From assembly GCA_963676915.2 (NCBI GenBank), contig CAXXVK010000013.1, forward strand, positions 46,584-110,583: a stretch of DNA of 64,000 bases. Direction: 5' to 3'. The notes below the pieces were generated by a model. The model made no database searches and was not told where the DNA came from. It saw only the letters and a program-made list of their open reading frames with translations. Below, one piece after another: positions 20,386 through 29,591 of this stretch (positions are counted from its first letter, which is position 1; every line of letters starts with the position of its first letter). Made by a program: the position numbers and the translations under genes. Source of the DNA: Myxococcota bacterium (GTDB lineage Bacteria > Myxococcota_A > SURF-8 > G963663525).

Positions 20386-21264
20386 TCAGTCTTTAAACGC
20401 TTCCAGCGCTCGTTTGTTGCAGGATACGATGTAGTCTCCGACGTTGCAGCCGATCATTTGTGCCACTTTGTTGCATTTTGCCATGAATAGGAAGAAAACG
20501 GGACGATCCACGTCATCTTCACATAAAGATTCGAAATTTCCCTGTCCTTTGGCCAGCACGAGATCCGCTTCCGCCCATGCCTGCCGGAATTCTTTAGAGC
20601 TTTGTTCGAGCAGAACACCGGGGAGGTCTACCCCGGTATCGACGATGCGAGCTACCATCTCCATACCGACGGTTCGAGCGTCTTTACGTGTGATGTCGTT
20701 GAGCACCGGAGCGCCCCGAACGGCGAACGTAACTTTTCCTTTAGGGAGATGGGAGATCAGGAGTTTGTCGAAGACGATTTCCCCTGCATTATCGCCGATG
20801 TAGAGGATTTTATCCGCTTTGCTTAGTGCATGTTGTAATAGCTCGGAACGATCGATCGCAAAGCCTGCATCGGCGACATTGGCAATGGTTTCGAGCACTT
20901 TTTCGGCGCTCAGTTCCGGGTGTGCTCCCAGGTCGATGATGTTTCCTGCCACTGCCAGTTGCAACGCTTCTTGAAAATTTTCGGCTTTTCCTTCAGGGAA
21001 ACGTTCGGACAGTATTTGTGTCATCCAGCGGTTGGCTTTGTCCTTCGCTTCGGCGAACAGATCGGAACTTCCTGTTTCTTCACGAAGAATCCGTTGGATG
21101 TGCTGGGCCATCAAAGTCGTTCCTCCGTATTCTTCGAAATGCGACAACGTTTCGAGCACACGGACCATGGTTTTTCTCGTGGTGGAGTCGTCGAGAGACA
21201 GCACTCGGGAGGTCGAAAGTACCTGATTGACGAAGCAGGGAAGACAATCCAGAGCGATTTTCAT
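20386..21264 (-). CDS. DUF89 / ARMT1-like damage-control phosphatase
   Basis: CLPC, AGNIIDLG, DNAGEIVFD, LND, KGQGNFESL, KC. Confidence 0.93.
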   Translation of the reverse strand: MKIALDCLPCFVNQVLSTSRVLSLDDSTTRKTMVRVLETLSHFEEYGGTTLMAQHIQRILREETGSSDLFAEAKDKANRWMTQILSERFPEGKAENFQEALQLAVAGNIIDLGAHPELSAEKVLETIANVADAGFAIDRSELLQHALSKADKILYIGDNAGEIVFDKLLISHLPKGKVTFAVRGAPVLNDITRKDARTVGMEMVARIVDTGVDLPGVLLEQSSKEFRQAWAEADLVLAKGQGNFESLCEDDVDRPVFFLFMAKCNKVAQMIGCNVGDYIVSCNKRALEAFKD

Positions 21265-21322
21265 GATGGTTCCTTTCTATGCAGCACTTTTCAGCGGTAA
21301 AAACGCAGTGATTTCGGTGAGT

Positions 21323-22348
21323 TTAACTGGAAGAACCGTTTTCGGGAGGTTCCCACGCACGATTTCTGAGAGGTGCAAGAGCTTGCAGGCGTTCCAATGT
21401 TTTGCGAATGCCGTCTTTCCTGAAATGGACGAACAACAGGCCGAAAATCGAGGTAAGAACTACTTGATTGACATTGAGTACCACACTGGCGGCAAAGGCA
21501 TGGGCTTTGTCCAAATGAAAGATCGACAACGCCATTACGACGGCGAATTGGTGCACGCCTACGGCTCCCGGTGTGGCAGGAAGGATCGAACCGAGTGATA
21601 CGAGCGAAATGGCCATCAAGGCCCAGGAGTATCCTGCCTCGAAACCCAAAGCACGGAAAATCATGAAATAAAAGGTGGTTTCAAGCGTCCACTGAATGAA
21701 GGAAAGCAAAAAAGTAATTGAAAACACAGAAGGTTTCGCTACGGTTCGAATTCCCGTTACAAATGACGATACGATGCCTTGAAGGCGTTGGCTCAACGTA
21801 TCGGACAACCAGCGAGTCAGCCATCTGACCGTAGAAACGATCCGATTCGGAGCCAGCGCCAGCAACACGATGATCAGAACTCCTATGGAAAAACCGGAAA
21901 GCGCCGTAATTTGGACGCCTTTCAAAATCGGAGAATCGGTTCCCGACCACGTAAGAGCCAGACTGAGAAACAGGGTGATGACAAGGCCGTCAATCAATCG
22001 TTCGAGCACTATAACGGCCAGCATGGTTGAAAAAGGAGCTTGGGTTTCGACCGAGCTTTGCTGAGCTCGAAAAAATTCTCCCAAACGCGCGGGCAGAAGG
22101 CTGTTGATCGTCAGTCCCATAAAAACGTAGGGAATCGACAAACGGGGAGGGAAAGGATGAATCGCACCGACGAGGGTTCCCCAACGTATTCCACGAATGC
22201 AGTGACTGGCCAGGTATACAGGGATAGACGCCAGCCACATGGGGATATCGAGTTGGGTGATGGTTTCGTATGCAAGATCGAAACGGATGTTTTTCATGGC
22301 CAGCCACAGAAAAAAGACCATGATCAGTAGCGGTAAAAGCGCTTTCAT
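21323..22348 (-). CDS. UPF0104 / LPG synthase TM-like flippase
   Basis: RGIRW, LPARLGEFFR, ERLIDG, PATPGAVG; polytopic. Confidence 0.9.
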   Translation of the reverse strand: MKALLPLLIMVFFLWLAMKNIRFDLAYETITQLDIPMWLASIPVYLASHCIRGIRWGTLVGAIHPFPPRLSIPYVFMGLTINSLLPARLGEFFRAQQSSVETQAPFSTMLAVIVLERLIDGLVITLFLSLALTWSGTDSPILKGVQITALSGFSIGVLIIVLLALAPNRIVSTVRWLTRWLSDTLSQRLQGIVSSFVTGIRTVAKPSVFSITFLLSFIQWTLETTFYFMIFRALGFEAGYSWALMAISLVSLGSILPATPGAVGVHQFAVVMALSIFHLDKAHAFAASVVLNVNQVVLTSIFGLLFVHFRKDGIRKTLERLQALAPLRNRAWEPPENGSSS

Positions 22349-23102
22349 TCCCCGGCTTTCTTTGAAAAAGATTCCGTGCGTGAAATTCGTAACTTTCGTG
22401 AACCGATTCCATCATATTCGCCTCATGGGTTGGGTTCAAGGAGAGAATCGACTTTCAGTATGAAAAGGTGGTGAAGTTCCGGATGTATTTCTCTTTTTAA
22501 ATGATCGAGATCCTTAACAGATAAAACGTGTTTCCTGGGCTTTTCTTTAAATGAGAAAACGTTCCGAAACGACGAGATTCATATGTTTCAAAAGTTGAAA
22601 AATCGGAAAATTCTGGCAATTTCCATGTTTTATGCTCTCTTGAGACAAATGAAACTTGACTTTTGTTTTCAAGATATGGTTTACTTTTATTACCTCGTCG
22701 AGGTTGTTCCGTAATTCGCTTTGCCTTTTGGCTCTCATGGAACGAACCGGTGGCGCGAGGTATAAGTGACAGGATGACGGTTTGCTTTCGAAAAAAATAG
22801 AATGGTTCGGGCTTGAAAGCCGGACAGCTCAATTGACGGATATAGCCGCTTGGCTACAGTCACTGGTATCTTTTCGTCGGCGTTACGTTTCTGAAACGCC
22901 TCAATCTGCCCACATCGTTGCAACTACCTGGGAGTACTGCCTTGTTTTATTTAAAAGGCAAGTCTTTACGGTGGTTTGTAGATAGTCTTGAAAAGGAAGA
23001 GTCGAACAAAACCATTCCTTACAAAACGTCGAAATATGTTGATTGGCCATGGGCATACTTTCGATAGAATCCGAACCATGGCGATGCAAGGAGAGAATTG
23101 CA

Positions 23103-23423
23103 ATGAACATTTATGTAGGAAACCTCAACTACCAGATGACCGACGACGATCTGCGTGCCGCTTTTGAAACGTACGGTGAAGTCGAATCGGCGAAAATCAT
23201 CGTCGATCGCGACACGGGACGTTCGAAAGGCTTTGGCTTCGTAGAAATGCCCGATCGTGATGCCGCTATGGCCGCCATCGAGGCGATGGACGGCAACGAT
23301 CTGCAAGGTCGCAACGTCAAAGTCAACGAAGCTCGTCCTCGCCCGCAACGCAACAGCCGTGGCGGCGGCGGTGGATACGGCGGAGGCGGCGGATACGGTG
23401 GAGGCGGCCGCAACCGCTACTGA
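23103..23423 (+). CDS. RRM RNA-binding protein with Gly-rich tail
   Basis: AGGAG RBS; RNP2 IYVGNL and RNP1 KGFGFVEM. Confidence 0.96.
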   Translation: MNIYVGNLNYQMTDDDLRAAFETYGEVESAKIIVDRDTGRSKGFGFVEMPDRDAAMAAIEAMDGNDLQGRNVKVNEARPRPQRNSRGGGGGYGGGGGYGGGGRNRY

Positions 23424-23450
23424 TCGCCAACGAGCGATGTGAGTTTTCAG

Positions 23451-23480
23451 CCGGAGGATGGCCTATCCTCCGGTTTTTTT
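23451..23480 (+). terminator. Rho-independent terminator
   Basis: CCGGAGGAT/ATCCTCCGG stem + T7. Confidence 0.85.
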
Positions 23481-23490
23481 CGTGCTTTTT

Positions 23491-26349
23491 TTATGCTTTG
23501 ATATGCGCGAGTGCTTGTTGTGCTCGGGAAGCTACGTCGGCGTTTTTATCTTTCGCGGCACGTTTCAATAGCGCAATCGTTTCTTTACGATTTCCCAACG
23601 TTCCCAGTGCAACGCACAGGTTGGATTTGATTTTTTGAACGGTTTCGTCCGAGGATTTCACAAAGATTCCCGACCATTTCGTTTTATACATGGCGGCCAG
23701 TCGGCGAGATATACTCAACTCGAAATGAGTACGCATGCCTTCATCGATATTCTCCAGGCGTGAAATCGCTTGTAGCGTTTTTACGAGGATGTCGGTGTCG
23801 TCTTTGTCGCTTTGCTCGTCCAGCACTGAGAGATAGTAGCGCAACAGCTCCGTTTTTGAACTTTTGGCTTTGGCAAGGTAGTTTAGCGCCGTCATTTTCA
23901 CGGTCTTATCTTCGTCGTTCAAGGCGTCGATAGAATCGTTTTCGCAAAACTGCGGTTCGATGGCTATCATGGCTTTCAACGCTTCCCTACGAACGATAGC
24001 ATTTGAATGGTTCAGCAGGGACCGAATGCGGTTGAACGATTCGTTTTTTCCTGTTTTTGATAAAATCACCAGGCAATTGCGTAAAAAGTACCAACTGTTT
24101 TCCTTGTTGGACAATTCACTGTGAAGAAATGGGATCGCGATGGAGCCGATTTCCACCAGGGAATCGACGAGCAGCTTTCGAACCCAACGGTTATCGTGGT
24201 TGTTTAGTACATCCAACAGCCACGGAACGGCGTACTCTTTCAAGGAAACGAGCAAGGCCGCAATGGAACGGCAGCGATCACGGTTTTGGGGATCGAAACC
24301 GTTACGTAATTGCGCAAGTACGGCTTTTCCGGCTAAATATTCGAACAATTTCCTTGTGTTATCCTGTGTGAAGGTATTGCCCGTTTCCATGTGTCGTTGG
24401 GCAATATCCACGATACGATGAATGAGGTCGTATTCTCCTTCACGGTAAAGATGCGGAATCATGCGGCGCAAAAAGCGAACTTCTTCGAGTAGTTCGAAAT
24501 CTTCCGATGGGTTGTCGAATTTAGCCAAATGTTTGTCAGGTTGGACGATAAAGGCTTCGGCTCTTTTCAGATCCTTGACGCCTTCTTGCAGGCGCAGGGG
24601 CAAGACATCGAAAAGAACCAGTTTTTCGTTGAACAGCAACTCCAGGGTGGCGTCGGCTTCCGGGTTTTCCTGTTTGCCCAGTCTTTGGACCAGGTGTTCC
24701 AGAATACCGGTCATTGCGTTCTTTTCCCTGTGGAGAGCTTGTTTTCGACTGGTTCTTTGCTCTTTATCCAACTGTTCGTCGAGCGTATGGGAACGATCGA
24801 TCAGTTTGTGGGAAAAGGATGTCAGAATTTCGGGATCGATGGAATCCACCAAACCACGTTCCACGTCCCGTTCCTCGAAGCCCATCTTTTCTTTCAATTC
24901 TTGCATCACGAGATCGGCGTTGAGCAGCACCGCCAGGAGAAACGAAGGATTGCTCAATGGATACAAAGTATCTTTGAAAATCTGAAGCTTGATTTGCTGG
25001 AGTTCCTCCTCCGTTGCCTGACGCAACAGCGGAATGACTTTCAAGTCTTTTCGCAGTCTGGAGAGAGTCAATTCGGCCTGCCAGGGAAGGTTCCGGTTGG
25101 AGGCAATGAATTCCTCGTCGAAAATGACTTTGACTTCATAGATTTCGTTTTCGTTCAGCATCCTGCTGAACTGCTCTCCTTCCTGAAGTGCATTGGCCTG
25201 GTTGGGATTGTATTCGCTTAAAAGGTCGATGAAGCGGTCGAATTTGGCTTCGTTGATGGTACGTTTGATCGAAAACGACAACAAACAGCGGCGGTTGAGG
25301 TATTCGAGAAATTTCGGCATATACATTTCGATCGCGCCCAGCGGCATCGTTTCGCGGGCGGAAATCATTTGTTTCGTCAAGCCTTCGATCAACAAATCCT
25401 CGCTTTGGGATTGTCCTCGGCGAACGAAACTGATGCTCATGCGGTTTTGCAGCATTTTACGGAAAAAAGCATACAATCCACGACGAGCCTTACGTGTTTC
25501 AGGGTGTTTGGGATCTGCATAATACCCGGAACGCTGAACGGCTTTTGTGAAGAAAATCAGGAAGGCAAGAATATTTTGTCGTGCTTCGGTAGCATTTTCA
25601 AAATCGGAAAAGTTGCTTGAGGTATCTGGAGTTAGCGCAAGTGCCTTGGCTTCGTCGGGTAGCGCGACGTCTGCCAGCTTTTCATCGCTGGGAGCATTTC
25701 GCGCCAGCAAGGCACGAATCATGGTCTGCTGTTCGGAAAATGATTGCGACTCCGCCGCTTGCGGGGCGGAAAGAACCGTTCGGGTATCCTCAGGCGGTGT
25801 GGGAAGGTCGAAATCCTCGGTGCGAAATGTTTTTGCCGCTGTCGGTGGAGAAGAATCCAGAACAGGGTGCGACGACTCAATAGACAATTCGGAGGAAGGT
25901 GGATCATAAAGCTTTGCAATGTCTTTGGATAGCTCTAGACTGAAAACGCTTTCCTCGTTTATCGCTGTAAAATCGTCCGGGATACTGGCATAGCGATGGC
26001 TGATAATCACTTGCTTGATCGTACCGATTTGTTCGGTTGTCAGCAAATCGAGATGAAAGAGAGAAAATGCGTGCGATTTTCCTGGGGTGGAGATTACGGA
26101 TCCTATTCTGGCGCAGGTCTCGAAATCCTTCCCATTGGGAAGCACGAAATGGAGGTGTTTCCATTGCCCCGTCTTTGCTTGAGGGCTGGTCGGAATGACG
26201 AAAGTATGGTGGTCCAGATACCGGATTTTGAGAGTTTCCAGCTCTTCGATGGTTTGGATAACGATCGTAAAAACCGGCTCGCTGTACCAGTTGGAACGTT
26301 CGGATATCGGACCGTAAAATATCATCGTACCCATTACCTTCCAGTGCAC
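23491..26349 (-). CDS. Large HEAT-repeat protein with possible degenerate PilZ-like N-terminus; start uncertain
   Basis: C-terminal HEAT repeats (RWVRKLLVDSLVEIG, WYFLRN, VRREALKA); GYYADPKHP. Confidence 0.8.
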   Translation of the reverse strand: MHWKVMGTMIFYGPISERSNWYSEPVFTIVIQTIEELETLKIRYLDHHTFVIPTSPQAKTGQWKHLHFVLPNGKDFETCARIGSVISTPGKSHAFSLFHLDLLTTEQIGTIKQVIISHRYASIPDDFTAINEESVFSLELSKDIAKLYDPPSSELSIESSHPVLDSSPPTAAKTFRTEDFDLPTPPEDTRTVLSAPQAAESQSFSEQQTMIRALLARNAPSDEKLADVALPDEAKALALTPDTSSNFSDFENATEARQNILAFLIFFTKAVQRSGYYADPKHPETRKARRGLYAFFRKMLQNRMSISFVRRGQSQSEDLLIEGLTKQMISARETMPLGAIEMYMPKFLEYLNRRCLLSFSIKRTINEAKFDRFIDLLSEYNPNQANALQEGEQFSRMLNENEIYEVKVIFDEEFIASNRNLPWQAELTLSRLRKDLKVIPLLRQATEEELQQIKLQIFKDTLYPLSNPSFLLAVLLNADLVMQELKEKMGFEERDVERGLVDSIDPEILTSFSHKLIDRSHTLDEQLDKEQRTSRKQALHREKNAMTGILEHLVQRLGKQENPEADATLELLFNEKLVLFDVLPLRLQEGVKDLKRAEAFIVQPDKHLAKFDNPSEDFELLEEVRFLRRMIPHLYREGEYDLIHRIVDIAQRHMETGNTFTQDNTRKLFEYLAGKAVLAQLRNGFDPQNRDRCRSIAALLVSLKEYAVPWLLDVLNNHDNRWVRKLLVDSLVEIGSIAIPFLHSELSNKENSWYFLRNCLVILSKTGKNESFNRIRSLLNHSNAIVRREALKAMIAIEPQFCENDSIDALNDEDKTVKMTALNYLAKAKSSKTELLRYYLSVLDEQSDKDDTDILVKTLQAISRLENIDEGMRTHFELSISRRLAAMYKTKWSGIFVKSSDETVQKIKSNLCVALGTLGNRKETIALLKRAAKDKNADVASRAQQALAHIKA

Positions 26350-26534
26350 CCACGGAGAGACACCCCCCTTGTGGATTTCTGGAAATTGCCGAGAAAACGA
26401 CCGCCTTGGTGTACTTTCGCCTTGTCTTCAATCAATACTCGGTCGCCAATTCTTAAATATAAACGAAATGGAGAACTTGCACAACTAGAGAACGCTACGA
26501 AAAATCTTCTGTTTTCATCAAAATACGTTGCTAG

Positions 26535-26707
26535 CCTGCATAATTCATGAAGTATCACTGCGACTTGAAAATCCTCGATCTTTCACTTGTTTCCCGATTT
26601 TCATCCTCCACAGACTGAAAAGGTTGCCTGCGGGTGAAAAACGCTCTAACTTTGAGAAAAGACTACGGTTTTCGGCCTATCGCTACGATTCTCATGAATT
26701 ATACGGG
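26535..26707. mobile_element. MITE family B, divergent copy 2
   Basis: CCTGCATAATTCATGA / TCATGAATTATACGGG ends, CTAG on both sides; shares CTGCGACTTGAAAATCCTCGATCTTTCACT with copy 1. Confidence 0.85.
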
Positions 26708-28792
26708 CTAGGGAATCGTGCGAAAATCGAGATTTTCCAGTGTTTTCCTTAGTTTCTCGGTATTCACCAATTTTATGATTAACGAATCTGCTCGTTTTAT
26801 TCGTGAATCCACTTCAGGAAAATCTTTTTCGTCACACAATTCCGAAAAATAGGAGCCGTAATAACCGAGTTCCAATTGCAGATCTTTTCCTTGAGTGCTG
26901 AAACAGAAAACAAGGTGCGTTACATTTCTTCGGATGAAGATTTCCAACGCGGTTTTTCGATCGTAAGCATGGATGCCGTAGGCGCTGTTGTAGCTGTTTT
27001 CCGATGGAAGTATCAGGATTTCAGGGGTATCGGGAAATGCCAATATTTGGCTGCCGTACAGGTTCACCGCCACGGTTTCGTTTTTGGGAATATTTTTGCG
27101 TACCCACGCTATTGTTTCCTCAGAAACCGTGCCGTCGAGCCTGGGAACACCTTTGGTTACGTTATGAACGCCCAAAATGAAAAAGGCTACGGCACAGAGA
27201 AAGATTAACCAGTCCAAGAAGTTTTGCACAGTATGTTCATCGACAACATTGTTGAAGAGGATCACCAACCGTTCTGGAAGTGTTTTTAATGCAAAAGTGA
27301 AAGATATTATAAGAAACGGTAGTACAGGCAAAACAAAGCGGTTGCATACTTCGTCCAGTCTTGTACTGGAGGCGGAGAAGGAAAACATCAGGAAATAGGC
27401 TAAAGGAAAAAGTGTCAATATGAACGAGACAAAGGTGCGTCTGCTGATGAACAGAAGCAGAAGATACAAGAAAGCACTTCCCCAATGTCCTAGAGACAGG
27501 TTCAATGCCGAATTCGTAGTGTTCACAAGTGCTGCAAAAGCCGAAAGGAAAGTGTCCCCCGGTTGTCCTTCCAGGGAATGACCGAGCATGGTTCCTGCAA
27601 AAAGGAGATTGCGCAAAGGCAGCACAAAACCCAAAAGGGCAATGGTCGTTCCTACAAGAAGGATAGACGATCTCTTTTCGGAATCCCTGTAAAATGCAGA
27701 TGCAAGCAATAATGCAGCGAAAAATACGTTTATAACGCCGATATACTTTATCCAAAAGGGTAATACGATGCCTATACCAAGGAGTACGGATTGAATACGT
27801 CCGGGGCTTTGTCCTTTAGGTAAAGAAAATACTGTAAAAGCACTGTAAAAGGAAAGAATAGCGAAAAACGTCAACAACATGTCGCCCATGTTTACGACGT
27901 GAGAAAATGTCAAAACCGCCGGGAACGTAATTAGAAGCCACACGCCGAAAAAACCTGGTAAAGTTCCGGATATCTTTTTAGCAAAGGCATAGGTCAGTGT
28001 ACTGGTGCCGGAGAAAGCCAACAACGAGACAGCCCACCCTGCGATGTACGTTTTAAATCCGATGAGAGAAAAGAAGGCGATGAGCAGGGGATATCCAGGA
28101 GGACGTTGGAAATTTCCGCCGAGACCGTTTCCGTCCAGTATCTGTAGTGCTTGCCCCAGGTAACCCCAGGATGCCTTGCTCATGGATGGCAGCCCTCGGG
28201 TCGCAAGTAGTGCTAAAACCAACGAAACTCCGAAAACGATTGCCAATTCCCAACGAAAGTGCTTTTTCGAGTCGTTTCGTAAGAAAGTCACCAAAGATGG
28301 TACGCATGATGCCAGTGTATGCATCGCATTGTTGACGGAGCGTATATTGACAAGACTGTTGAACAGAAGAAACAGGAAAAGAATCGGAAACAGATTTTGT
28401 AGAAACCAAAGAAGTAAAACATTGGAAACATATGTTCTTAGGACGATCAAAGAGACTGTGCCGACAACCAGGACCAAAGAACCGGAAAGAAAATGTTTTT
28501 GTAGAAAATTTCCCAAAGGACGTCGCTTGATGGCAAAAACAAGGCAGACCATCACTAAAAGGAAGAAGGTAACGAGAGTGATGTCAGTACCGAAATCGCT
28601 TGTCGTTCCATCTTCTGAAAAAATCCGGAGGAGAGTAAATACAACGTTTTCGGCACTCGAAGCGAGAAATATTGCAAGTGTTCCAACGGCCAACAAACCG
28701 GTTGCTTCCGGTTGATTGAAAACCTTCTCACCGAAAAATTGCACTACTTTACCAAGTTTTCCATCCATGCTGTGGGAGGAATCATCCTTCAT
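26708..28792 (-). CDS. Polytopic membrane glycosyltransferase (GT-C, ArnT/PMT-like)
   Basis: Many TM helices; RPPGYPLLIA, KYIG, RFVLPVLP; visibly AT-richer than flanks. Confidence 0.75.
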   Translation of the reverse strand: MKDDSSHSMDGKLGKVVQFFGEKVFNQPEATGLLAVGTLAIFLASSAENVVFTLLRIFSEDGTTSDFGTDITLVTFFLLVMVCLVFAIKRRPLGNFLQKHFLSGSLVLVVGTVSLIVLRTYVSNVLLLWFLQNLFPILFLFLLFNSLVNIRSVNNAMHTLASCVPSLVTFLRNDSKKHFRWELAIVFGVSLVLALLATRGLPSMSKASWGYLGQALQILDGNGLGGNFQRPPGYPLLIAFFSLIGFKTYIAGWAVSLLAFSGTSTLTYAFAKKISGTLPGFFGVWLLITFPAVLTFSHVVNMGDMLLTFFAILSFYSAFTVFSLPKGQSPGRIQSVLLGIGIVLPFWIKYIGVINVFFAALLLASAFYRDSEKRSSILLVGTTIALLGFVLPLRNLLFAGTMLGHSLEGQPGDTFLSAFAALVNTTNSALNLSLGHWGSAFLYLLLLFISRRTFVSFILTLFPLAYFLMFSFSASSTRLDEVCNRFVLPVLPFLIISFTFALKTLPERLVILFNNVVDEHTVQNFLDWLIFLCAVAFFILGVHNVTKGVPRLDGTVSEETIAWVRKNIPKNETVAVNLYGSQILAFPDTPEILILPSENSYNSAYGIHAYDRKTALEIFIRRNVTHLVFCFSTQGKDLQLELGYYGSYFSELCDEKDFPEVDSRIKRADSLIIKLVNTEKLRKTLENLDFRTIP

Positions 28793-28838
28793 CGGTTTCG
28801 AACTTCCCCCTCCTTTTGAGGCAAAGATTCAAGATCAA

Positions 28839-28995
28839 CTAGAAGCCGTCCTAAAAATACACTCCTGTCGCCTTTCAGTCGATTTCGTCGCCGGTCTCGA
28901 CGTGAAAGACTCCCGGTATTCCGCGTCTCGCCAACGACGAATTCGTCTCGAAATCACCTCGAATTCCTCGGTCGGTATTTTTGGATGACTTCTAG
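28839..28995. mobile_element. MITE-like repeat, family A, copy 2
   Basis: CTAGAAGCCGTCCTAAAAATAC ... GTATTTTTGGATGACTTCTAG. Confidence 0.82.
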
Positions 28996-29190
28996 ACAAA
29001 TGAATTTCATATCTTTTTATCCGTTTTTGGGTTGTTTTTCGAGGAATTCCCTTTCATTTCCATTATGCGTTAGGTGGAATAAATCGGAAATTTGGGTTGA
29101 ATGGTTGCTAACCTGTTGAAATGACGTAGCTTTTAAAGAAAAGCCAATGGTGATATTTATGGCAGGAAAAACCATTTCATGGGTACGGAC

Positions 29191-29219
29191 TTGACACTTC
29201 TGGGGGGGAGGTCTATGAT
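29191..29219 (+). promoter_or_regulatory. Sigma70-type promoter
   Basis: TTGACA (29191) - 17 bp - TATGAT (29214). Confidence 0.8.
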
Positions 29220-29229
29220 TTGACTGTTT

Positions 29230-29379
29230 CGTGTTACGGAAAGGGAAGTCTGGTGAAAATCCAGCGCGGTCCCGCCGCCGTAAGTGAGGACGAAACCAGC
29301 GTATAAGCCACTGGAACGATGTTCTGGGAAGGTGCTGGGAGTAGGATGAATCGCGAGTCGGAAAACCTGCCGTAACGTG
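29230..29379 (+). promoter_or_regulatory. Cobalamin riboswitch
   Basis: AAAGGGAA, CTGG-TGAAAAT-CCAG, CCCGCCGCCGTAA, GCCACTG...TGGGAAGG, B12 box GAGTCGGAAAACCTGCC; closing stem GTTACGG/CCGTAAC. Confidence 0.95.
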
Positions 29380-29591
29380 TCCCGAGAATGTGTTTCTTCC
29401 CGAGGAGGGAGAGCGATTGTCGCCCAATAGCACAAAACTGACTCGCTTCGAACCGTATTGCAGATAGAACTGTCATCCGAAGGAACCGGTACATTTTCGG
29501 GCTAAATTTTTCGTGTGTTCGGTTTGTAGAAGCTTTTGCGTTCTGCTTGGTGAGTTGTACATTTTTCTGATTTCTAATGAGGAGGTTCCTT

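Noticed and set aside
22440-23040. Long intergenic region with short ORFs
   Set aside because: No recognisable RNA motif or convincing protein; a covariance search would be needed.
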